A stretch of 64,000 bases of DNA, from positions 7,200,001 to 7,264,000 of the forward strand of contig OZ244207.1 in NCBI GenBank assembly GCA_965216875.1, given 5' to 3'. The DNA is from Rubripirellula sp. GTDB taxonomy: Bacteria > Planctomycetota > Planctomycetia > Pirellulales > Pirellulaceae. The notes under the pieces were generated by a model. It was not told the DNA's origin, ran no database searches, and saw nothing but the letters and a program-made list of their open reading frames with translations. This document shows, one piece after another, positions 56,847 to 64,000 of the stretch (the stretch's first letter is position 1; each line of letters starts with the position of its first letter). The translations under genes were made by a program, and so were the position numbers.

Positions 56847-57137
56847 ATGGACGAACCAGAAACCGAACTACCCGATCTGCTGCAAGCTGAATGGCCACCC
56901 GAGCAGGTTGAACAGCTTTTCAATGACCTCGAGGCAGGGGCTGAAGTGCAGCATGTTCAGGTGCGCACGGCTGCCGCGGATTCAAAGACGACGTTGGCCG
57001 AGGCTTTGAAGTTGCTGCAATCGAGCGAAGCCAAGATGGTCCAAGTTCGTTATCGCTTCGAAGGGGCAACCTGGTGCGACACACTGATGCCGCTGGGTGA
57101 ATTGACGCGAATCGTTCGTTCGCAGTTGCCCGAATGA
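56847..57137 (+). CDS. Small hypothetical protein, last gene of the nap operon
   Basis: 96-aa acidic globular ORF starting 19 nt after the ferredoxin gene, same strand, followed by a REP. Confidence 0.65.
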   Translation: MDEPETELPDLLQAEWPPEQVEQLFNDLEAGAEVQHVQVRTAAADSKTTLAEALKLLQSSEAKMVQVRYRFEGATWCDTLMPLGELTRIVRSQLPE

Positions 57138-57144
57138 AATGCCT

Positions 57145-57195
57145 GCCGGATCAGCGTCGCTGTCGCTCCTTGATCCGGCCTACTCTTGATCCGGC
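57145..57195. repeat. REP-like element, family E
   Basis: gccggatcagcgtcgctgtcgctccttgatccggcctac, nearly identical to 17818-17856. Located between convergent genes. Confidence 0.78.
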
Positions 57196-57201
57196 GTGCT
57201 C

Positions 57202-58107
57202 TTAGAGTGTTCCTTCGGCAGCTTGGCCACATTGGGCCGCTTCGACGCAGCGTTCGACTTGAATCGTGCTGTGCGTGATCTCGAATTGATGGTGCAGTTC
57301 GTCGCTTGCGCGGCACAGTAGTTCGTCGTCGTTCCCGACTTCGGGGATCACCAAGTGTGCGGTTAGCGCCACTTCGGTCGTGCTGACTGCCCAGACGTGA
57401 AGGTCATGGACTTCAGCAACCCCGGGCAAACTTTCCAAATAGGTTTGCACATCAGGCAGGTGAATGTCCTTGGGGACGGCCTGCATTGCCAACGCAAAGG
57501 ATTCGCGAAACAAGTCCCAAGTGGAAAACAGAATCACCGCTGCAATGATCAAGCTGGTGACGGGATCGACCCAGAACCAATCGGTCAGCATGATAATCAC
57601 GCCTGCGATCACCACACCCAATGACAGCAGCGCGTCGGCGGCCATGTGCAGGTAGGCGCCGCGAATGTTCAAATCGTGTTTTCGACCACGCATGAAAAGC
57701 AACGCTGTTGCGGTGTTGATCACCACTCCGATCATCGCGACCGTGATCACCACCGGCGCAGCCACCTCGGTTGGGCTCGACAGTCGCCGGACCGCTTCCC
57801 AGGCGATTCCGCCGACGGCGAACAGCAACAGCAAGGCGTTGAAGAGCGCAGCGAGGATCGTTGACGCTCGCCACCCGTAGGTTCGGTTCTCACTTGGCGC
57901 GACTTTCGCCAGGGCGTAACCACCCCAAGCCATCAAGAGGCCGAGCACGTCACTGAGGTTGTGCCCCGCATCGGCCAAAAGGGCGAGCGAGCCGACCCAC
58001 CAACCGTACGAGGCTTCGATGATGACGAAGCCAACGTTGAGTAGGACGCCGATCGCGAACGCACGGCCATAGTTGGTTGGAGCGGGATGGTGTGCGCACT
58101 GATGCAT
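57202..58107 (-). CDS. Cation diffusion facilitator (CzcD/ZitB-like Zn/Co/Cd exporter)
   Basis: SLALLADAGHNLSD, NIRGAYLHMAAD, VHDLHVW, HSTIQVE. Start set at MHQCAHH. Confidence 0.93.
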   Translation of the reverse strand: MHQCAHHPAPTNYGRAFAIGVLLNVGFVIIEASYGWWVGSLALLADAGHNLSDVLGLLMAWGGYALAKVAPSENRTYGWRASTILAALFNALLLLFAVGGIAWEAVRRLSSPTEVAAPVVITVAMIGVVINTATALLFMRGRKHDLNIRGAYLHMAADALLSLGVVIAGVIIMLTDWFWVDPVTSLIIAAVILFSTWDLFRESFALAMQAVPKDIHLPDVQTYLESLPGVAEVHDLHVWAVSTTEVALTAHLVIPEVGNDDELLCRASDELHHQFEITHSTIQVERCVEAAQCGQAAEGTL

Positions 58108-58188
58108 GGGTGGGCCGCAATGGGGCAGCGACGGATGGGCAGCAAAGCGAGTGAACTGCGACCGCGCCAAGATACACCCATGCGTGCG

Positions 58189-58521
58189 TCAATGGCTACG
58201 CCGATCCGATGCCTCGGAGGCCAGTGTTGGGCGGTCCGGTATCGGCTGGGGACGCTCGTCGTGAAACAGCCCTAGGAAAGAGTCCTGGCTCGACTGAAAA
58301 CGAACGATGTCGGTTTCACCACCGTTTGCGGTCAGTTCGAAAACTACCGTTCCGGTGATCCACGCCATCGAGATCCAAATCGCAGCTACGATTTGCCGGC
58401 GAAGCCTTGTCACCGGTTTGTTGGTGGTCATGATCGCGCCGGCTGACGCATCAACCAGCACAGGATCAGGCGCAGCCGAATCGTTTTCTCGACTCAGCGC
58501 GTCGGATGAACTCGGATTCAT
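58189..58521 (-). CDS. Small hypothetical single-TM protein
   Basis: Fills the gap between same-strand genes; one TM preceded by Arg residues. No family recognised. Confidence 0.4.
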   Translation of the reverse strand: MNPSSSDALSRENDSAAPDPVLVDASAGAIMTTNKPVTRLRRQIVAAIWISMAWITGTVVFELTANGGETDIVRFQSSQDSFLGLFHDERPQPIPDRPTLASEASDRRSH

Positions 58522-58735
58522 ATCAATCCCCCGTCGCTTGTGGCTCGAATGTGGAGCAGGCGGATTCTATCGCGAGCCACTTGAAGCTCGATTTGGAATC
58601 AATCGAGATTGCGACATTCCTCAGTTCGCAGTATCGGTCGCTCGGGTTATTGCAAATAAGCAACAACCGCAATTGGCGCCGATCGCTCAGCCTACCGGAC
58701 ACGCCAAAAGCGACAATCGTTACAGCTTCAAGCGG

Positions 58736-59797
58736 CTAGTTGCCGAAACGCGAATGCGGGTTGATCGGCTCACTCGCTCCGTTGAGAGCTCCGATGTAGG
58801 TCGACGCCAACCGAAAGATCAAGAAGATCAACAATCCCATGACGATGACGCGAATCAGGACGGTGGCCGTACCGGCGAGAACCTTGATGGCTCGCCGTGC
58901 ACGTTCTTCGTATTCACGCGTTAGAAACTCAATCGACTCGGCGTCGGTTCCCGAGTGTTCGGCGACTTCGATCCGCTGCAAGAACTCTTTCGGAAACAAC
59001 GATGTCGCTTTCAGCATGCCGGTCAATGTGGCCCCGTTTCGAACCGCAGTTTCTGCGTCACGGGATCCACTTCGGTAGTAGTCACTTGCCGTGCTGTCGA
59101 GCGACAGGTTGACCGATCGGATCGGATCGAGCCCCGACCCAAGTGAAAGTGAAAGTGTCCAACAGAAACGCGAAAGCGTGATCGTTTGGATCGAGGGCCC
59201 AACAACGGGAATGGCGTAGACAAACGGTGCGAGGTTATGGATGCCGCCCAAATTTCGCATGTAGCCCCAAATCAGGAACGCAAGCAGGCCGCCGACCAAG
59301 GCGATGTAGAACCAAAACCAGAGGACGCCGTTGGGTCCGGTCAACCCAAACCCGAGAATGTCGTCCATCGGTCCACCGGTACCTGAGGACAGAATTCCAA
59401 GCAGGAGAATCAGGATCGAAACAATGCCGATACCAGCAACCAATTGCAGCGCCGGCCAACTGATCGAGTTGATGAACCACCGCCGCGTGTCTTGCTGCTG
59501 TTGGTAGTGTTTACAGAGTGTTAATAGGGTGTGTTCGAGTTTTCCCGTCTCCTCGCCGACGCGCACCATGGCAGCCATCAACCGGGGGAAGTAGGGGTTG
59601 CAGGCCATCAAGTCACTCATTTGTTCGCCGGCTTTGACACCGTCAACCAAATGATTCACGGCCGCTCGGTGTGCCGAATTCCCCTGGGATGCTTCGCTGC
59701 GCAACAATTTCATCATGTCGGCACCGGCACCCAGGCCAGTTCCCATGCGATGGCAAAAGTCGATCGCCATCTTCAATCTCATACGCGACGAAAACAC
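58736..59797 (-). CDS. Type II secretion system F / PilC family protein
   Basis: Two T2SSF repeats (FCHRMGTGLGAG..VRVGEETGKLE; RFCWTLSLSLGSG..IEVAEHSG) and 3 TMs. Confidence 0.88.
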   Translation of the reverse strand: MFSSRMRLKMAIDFCHRMGTGLGAGADMMKLLRSEASQGNSAHRAAVNHLVDGVKAGEQMSDLMACNPYFPRLMAAMVRVGEETGKLEHTLLTLCKHYQQQQDTRRWFINSISWPALQLVAGIGIVSILILLLGILSSGTGGPMDDILGFGLTGPNGVLWFWFYIALVGGLLAFLIWGYMRNLGGIHNLAPFVYAIPVVGPSIQTITLSRFCWTLSLSLGSGLDPIRSVNLSLDSTASDYYRSGSRDAETAVRNGATLTGMLKATSLFPKEFLQRIEVAEHSGTDAESIEFLTREYEERARRAIKVLAGTATVLIRVIVMGLLIFLIFRLASTYIGALNGASEPINPHSRFGN

Positions 59798-59912
59798 AGC
59801 TGGTATACGCCCTTGAGGTCGAGCAAATCGAAAAGAATCCCTAAATCAGACAATTCGATTATAGCTGTGATTGACCGAAAACGGGACCAAAGTTGATTCC
59901 TTGCCGCGCGAG

Positions 59913-60239
59913 GTGAGCCGAACGCGCTAGCGTCGGGCCTCACACTTTCGTCGTCACCCACACCAGAGCGTGGTGGTAGCGGAAAGCGATTTGGCGTTGG
60001 GAACCACCTTCTGGCGAAGGTAGCTACGGGCCACGAATTCTGTGAGCCGTGATCGCGTGAGCGGCCGGGCTTTGCACTCCTAGGCCGATTGCAAAGGCCC
60101 GAGGCCTGACGGCCAGCGGCTCATGGGCCCGAAGCTAGCGCTTACGGCTCAGGGGCCCGACGCTACTAGCGCTTACGGCTCAGGGGCCCGACGCTAGCGC
60201 GTTCGGCTCAGGGGCCCGACGCTAGCGCGTACGGCTCAG
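59913..60239. repeat. Large REP mosaic, including four head-to-tail copies of a 28-31 bp family A unit
   Basis: Family A at 59913; family B at 60003-60028; gggcccgacgctagcgc[tg]t[at]cggctcag units at 60125, 60153, 60184 and 60212. Confidence 0.88.
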
Positions 60240-60517
60240 GTGTTGAGGCCTTGGAACGCTTCGAGAGTCTCGTCGAGTTGGCGGAGTTGTTCGGCAGCGG
60301 TTTGAGACAGATCGACAAAGAGCGTTTTCACGCCCCCCACTTCGCACCAGGTGGCCTGTTCGTCATCGAGCCATTCGCTGCGAACTTTGAAGCCCATGGC
60401 TTTGGCTTCGCGGATCCGCCGCCGCAAACGGGTGACCACGTTTTCGTCGTCGATGGTGGCAGTGGCCGAAGAGGGTTGCTTGTTTTCGTTGCGGTGCATC
60501 CTGCGGCGCTCCAACAT
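60236..60517 (-). CDS. Small hypothetical protein
   Basis: Compact alpha/beta ORF (AKAMGFKVRSEWLD...CEVGG...LFVDLSQTAAEQL). Its stop codon lies inside a REP unit. Confidence 0.65.
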   Translation of the reverse strand: MLERRRMHRNENKQPSSATATIDDENVVTRLRRRIREAKAMGFKVRSEWLDDEQATWCEVGGVKTLFVDLSQTAAEQLRQLDETLEAFQGLNT

Positions 60518-60813
60518 TCCTTTGTTTTGTCTGCAAAGCCCTTCGCGTCAAATGCAAAGGTTTCGTAGCCGGATCATCTTGCCTAATCGGCCCGACGGCA
60601 ATGGGCGTCGCCGCCGTGAGTTTGGCAATTTGTGCGGGAACGCACGCCCCACCTGTAGCAACTAGAGCGGTTACGACGATAGATCATTCATACCGTCAGT
60701 GGGCGGAAATTGTACGGTTCCACGATTCACTTCACCGGCTTTCCAGCACGAGTTTCCCCGAGTTTGTACTCGGTCGAAGCGCGTTCTGAATAGCCCTCCT
60801 TGTCCCAGGCACT

Positions 60814-61656
60814 ATGCAACCGCAACCAGCTTCGCAGAATCAGCCAACTTCGACTCAAGGTTCTCTTACCGGAACTCCCTTGCCGCCTGCCAATAGCAAC
60901 GCGGCAGCAAGCCAGGCTCAACTTGATCACCTTAAGAGTGAACTGCGGAAAACCCAAGCCCTCGCGGCGCTTGGCGAGCTGACCGGCACGGCGACTCACG
61001 AGTTCAACAACGTGTTGATGACCATCATTAACTACGCAAAGTTGGGGTTGCGAAACAAAGACGAAGCTAGCCGCGACAAAGCGCTCACCAAGATCCTGGA
61101 AGCATCGCAACGCGCGGCCAAAATCACTTCAACGATTTTGGCTCAAGCTCGCAATCGCAGCGAATCGTTTGAGCCGACTAACCTCGGCCAGATCATCGAG
61201 GACTCACTGGTTCTGCTTGAGCGTGAAATGCGAAAGTACAGGATCGCGATCGAAACCGACATCGAGCCATCCACGCCGCCCGCGATGGCCTGTGGGAACC
61301 AGATTCAACGCGTCTTGTTGAACCTATTGATCAACGCTCGGCAATCGATGGCCGAGGGCGGAACGGTGCTCGTGAAACTCACTCCGAGTGCGGAAGCAGG
61401 TTTTGTGGAACTGACCGTTCGCGATTCAGGTGTTGGCATCCCCCAGGAATCGTTGCCTCGGATCTTTGACGCCTTCTATACCACCAAGGACGGCCCCGAT
61501 GCTTCCGGAAAAGGGGGAACGGGACTTGGCTTGGCGGCCTGCAAAGAGATCGTCGATTCTCACAACGGTCGAATTCGCGTTGAAAGCACGGTTGGACGTG
61601 GCACTGCGTTCATCATTCGATTGCCCATCTCGGGTGGTCACCAAGCCGCTGCCTAG
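60814..61656 (+). CDS. Cytoplasmic histidine kinase without a sensor domain
   Basis: H-box ATHEFNN, N-box LLNLLINA, DSGVGI, FYTTK, GGTGLGL. Confidence 0.9.
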   Translation: MQPQPASQNQPTSTQGSLTGTPLPPANSNAAASQAQLDHLKSELRKTQALAALGELTGTATHEFNNVLMTIINYAKLGLRNKDEASRDKALTKILEASQRAAKITSTILAQARNRSESFEPTNLGQIIEDSLVLLEREMRKYRIAIETDIEPSTPPAMACGNQIQRVLLNLLINARQSMAEGGTVLVKLTPSAEAGFVELTVRDSGVGIPQESLPRIFDAFYTTKDGPDASGKGGTGLGLAACKEIVDSHNGRIRVESTVGRGTAFIIRLPISGGHQAAA

Positions 61657-61756
61657 AAGGCGACTGCATCTGTGGAACTTGGTCATCTCGTTGGGCCTGG
61701 CCAACTTTTAAGTCCTGGGGCGTCAGTTTGCGGTCGCGTGCGGTTAAGATGTCCGC

Positions 61757-62362
61757 ATGCCCCAATGTGATGAAAATGCTCTCCGGTCTCGGTGTGTCTG
61801 GTCGTGCGCGCTTCTTTTTGCAGTTTGTCTAGCCATCGGTTGCGCGCCGACGCAACAAGAGCCTCAGCCGGTTCAAGAAGCGTCGTCATCGGACGCGGCC
61901 ACACCAGCAGTGGAACCAACCGACTCTGAAGCACTTCTCTCGGATGTCCGCTCATGGGAAGGCGACCAAGAAGAACTGCCCGAACAGGAACTCTCGTTCC
62001 TGGATCTTGGAACGCCAGACGGCGCACCGCCCGAGCGTGAACTGAGGCTGCAGAACTTTGCCCGCAAGTTTGGCCATCAAAACATCGTGGTCGTCCGCGT
62101 CGTTGGCTCAGAGAAACTCCGTCCGGGAGTCCTTGCACGAAAGCTATCGACCCAACCCGAGATAGGGTCGCGCGCGACGTTTGCAACAAGACCTGCGGAA
62201 ACCGCCATCATTGCGATGCGGTTTACTGGCGAAGTCAGAATCGTCGCGGACTTGATTGACTTCGGGAGCGTGGAATCGATCGACGAAACCAATCGACTGA
62301 TCTACGTCGATGCGTCGGACGAGAGGCAGAACGCTGCTGCAGAAGATTCGCCATCTCCGTAG
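61757..62362 (+). CDS. Hypothetical lipoprotein
   Basis: Lipobox-like LAIGC followed by an acidic linker. Its TAG stop lies inside a family B REP. Confidence 0.6.
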   Translation: MPQCDENALRSRCVWSCALLFAVCLAIGCAPTQQEPQPVQEASSSDAATPAVEPTDSEALLSDVRSWEGDQEELPEQELSFLDLGTPDGAPPERELRLQNFARKFGHQNIVVVRVVGSEKLRPGVLARKLSTQPEIGSRATFATRPAETAIIAMRFTGEVRIVADLIDFGSVESIDETNRLIYVDASDERQNAAAEDSPSP

Positions 62363-62437
62363 CTACGCTCGCCAGAGCGTGGGGTTGCTGGAAACCAGCC
62401 AGCCGACGCATCTCAGCGTCTGACGAAGGTACCTACG
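62358..62437. repeat. REP-like family B inverted pair (second copy degenerate)
   Basis: cgtagctacgctcgccagagcgtgg followed by gtctgacgaaggtacctacg. Confidence 0.75.
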
Positions 62438-62462
62438 ATCTGCCGCGCGAAGCGTCTGCGTT

Positions 62463-63692
62463 CTACTTGGATTCGAATTTGTAGATTCGACCGCCGCCCA
62501 TCATCGTACTCATCAGCACTTCGCCATCGTCGGTTTGACCGAACGTAAAGACCGCGAGGTTGTCCCAGGCAATCGGACGATTCTCCGTCACGGACTTCTT
62601 CTCGCGATCATACCGCAAAGCCCAAAGGCGTCCGCTGACGTAGTCACCATAAAGGTAGTAGCCATCCAAGGAGGGTGTTGACGGGCCACGATAGACAGCA
62701 CCGCCCGTGATCGATTTGCCCCAATCATCGGTGTGAGGGTATTCGACGAGCGGTTCGATCAGATCCCTGCGTGGCCCTGATCCTTTTCCACCACCAAGGG
62801 TGAAACTATGTGCCGCCTCGCGGAGGCTCCAGCCATAATTGCCGCCGCCTTGGATCAAGTTGATTTCTTCCCACGCATTCTGGCCGACATCGGCAGCCCA
62901 AAGGTCACCCGTTTTAGGGTCAAACGCCATCCGCCAAATGTTGCGAATACCCCAAGCATAGATTTCCGGCCACACGCCCTTTCGACCAACCAGTGGGTTG
63001 TCGTTAGGGATTCCGTAGGGCGATGAGTCGGTTGATTGATCAACATCAATTCTCAGAACCGATCCGTGCAATTTGCTTAGGTCTTGGCCGCTGCCAAGTG
63101 GGTCGTTTCCTTTTCCACCGTCGCCAAGAGCAACGTAAAGGTAACCGTCGGGCCCAAAGACGAGCGTGCCACCGTTGTGGTTCCAAAACGGTTGCTGGAT
63201 CTGCATCAACTGCACTTCGCTATCGGGATCGCCCACATTCGGATCGGATTCCGAAACGGTAAAGCGACTGATGACCGAAACGTGCGGACGCTCGGTGGTC
63301 GTGTAGTAAACAAAGAAGTGCCCGTTCTCTTTGAACTTGGGATGAAAGGCCAAGCCCAGCAACCCTTCCTCGTTTTCACGATCCTTGTACGACACCTTTT
63401 TAGTGATGTCGATGAACAAGTTTGCTTCTTCGACTTCGGTATCGTTCTGTTCGATGAAGAAAACCTTGCCTTTTTGGCCAGCGATGAAGAGCCGCCCGCT
63501 GCCATCGCCGGCACCTGTTAAGACGATTGGCCGATCGACGCGCAAATTGGGATAGGCATTGACGACTTTGATCGGCATCGGCGACGTGTTGAGCGACTCG
63601 GGCGGTTTCGCCAAGTTGATCGTCGACGACTGTGCCAGTGCGCCACCGGTGGCCAGTGTGGTTAAGAGGATTGCCGTTGCGAGTCGTTTCAT
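62463..63692 (-). CDS. PQQ-dependent sugar dehydrogenase (glucose/sorbosone family)
   Basis: Signal peptide; EEGLLGLAFHP, NHNGG...FGPDGYLY..LGDGG, EIYAWGIRNIWR, ADVGQ..WEE, GGNYGW, SITGG. Confidence 0.9.
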   Translation of the reverse strand: MKRLATAILLTTLATGGALAQSSTINLAKPPESLNTSPMPIKVVNAYPNLRVDRPIVLTGAGDGSGRLFIAGQKGKVFFIEQNDTEVEEANLFIDITKKVSYKDRENEEGLLGLAFHPKFKENGHFFVYYTTTERPHVSVISRFTVSESDPNVGDPDSEVQLMQIQQPFWNHNGGTLVFGPDGYLYVALGDGGKGNDPLGSGQDLSKLHGSVLRIDVDQSTDSSPYGIPNDNPLVGRKGVWPEIYAWGIRNIWRMAFDPKTGDLWAADVGQNAWEEINLIQGGGNYGWSLREAAHSFTLGGGKGSGPRRDLIEPLVEYPHTDDWGKSITGGAVYRGPSTPSLDGYYLYGDYVSGRLWALRYDREKKSVTENRPIAWDNLAVFTFGQTDDGEVLMSTMMGGGRIYKFESK

Positions 63693-63807
63693 CGATGTCA
63701 CCTTATGCCAAAGAATCAAGATTCCGCGTGGCTCTCAATCGCAACAAAGTCGAAGCGAAACGCGAGAGCCACGGTTGATTGTCGGTAGCCGTGATGCGTT
63801 TGTGGAT

Positions 63808-63833
63808 GCTACTTTCGCGGAGCGAAAGGCGAC
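63808..63833. repeat. REP-like element, family C
   Basis: gctactttcgcggagcgaaaggcgac, identical to 22075-22100. Confidence 0.78.
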
Positions 63834-63854
63834 TTTGCGGCTACGCGGGTTCAA

Positions 63855-64000
63855 CTAGAGGATGCCAAGCAGTTCGACTTCGAACACCAAGACTTCGTTG
63901 GGGCCAATCGCTCGTCCGCTACCACGTTCGCCATAGCCCAAATCCGATGGGATGTAGATCATCCACTTATCGCCAACCTTCATCTTTTGCAGTGCCATGG
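63855..64000 (-). CDS. FKBP-type peptidyl-prolyl cis-trans isomerase, 3' part (truncated by the window edge; not in the ORF track)
   Basis: Manual translation ..[46 protein letters not shown], the FKBP C-terminus. Confidence 0.9.
   Translation of the reverse strand, partial: MALQKMKVGDKWMIYIPSDLGYGERGSGRAIGPNEVLVFEVELLGIL

Noticed and set aside
58307..58924. 205-aa + strand ORF
   Set aside because: Overlaps the T2SS-F gene and a minus-strand ORF in antisense, with no motifs.
60125..60239. Possible CRISPR array (28-31 bp repeats)
   Set aside because: Units are directly adjacent with no unique spacers, match a dispersed REP family, and no cas genes are present.

Overview
A 64 kb window of GC-rich bacterial chromosome. 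The gene content suggests a planctomycete, probably Pirellulaceae (inference from the HTH-extended sigma-70 factor, a DUF6268-like barrel, many Tat/Sec proteins and the intergenic repeats). About 50 CDSs are supported. No rRNA, tRNA, CRISPR array or transposase was seen. Housekeeping genes include coaX, obgE, yegS, a CDF transporter, a T2SS/PilC F protein and a partial FKBP. Four accessory modules stand out. (1) 33.9-48.8 kb: a heme/flavin/lipase cluster made of a DHOR di-heme protein, a wHTH-like protein, a papain-fold protein with all three catalytic residues replaced, a RoxA/MauG-like di-heme lipoprotein, a 1.6k-aa GMC oxidoreductase::membrane patatin/cPLA2-like fusion, a DUF4331-like protein and a catalase-fold protein. 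This is the best candidate for an undescribed system; a lipid/oxylipin-type oxidative pathway is a hypothesis only. (2) 22.1-27.0 kb: a chemosensory-like operon lacking CheW/CheR/CheB (RedB-like thioredoxin fold, membrane-bound CheA-like kinase, CheX, CheY, soluble MCP-like protein). (3) 48.8-57.1 kb: napD-A-B with a four-heme NapB, divergent from a tetraheme cytochrome/NrfC/NrfD/Rrf2 operon, with no napC or napH. (4) 13.5-17.5 kb: a secreted FAD oxidoreductase paired with a doubly flavinylated Fe-S membrane protein. Intergenic DNA carries at least five REP-like palindrome families, and the sigma-factor leader is enriched in CsrA-type ANGGA motifs. All family calls come from motifs recognised by eye, not database searches. 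Start codons were adjusted by judgement where stated.
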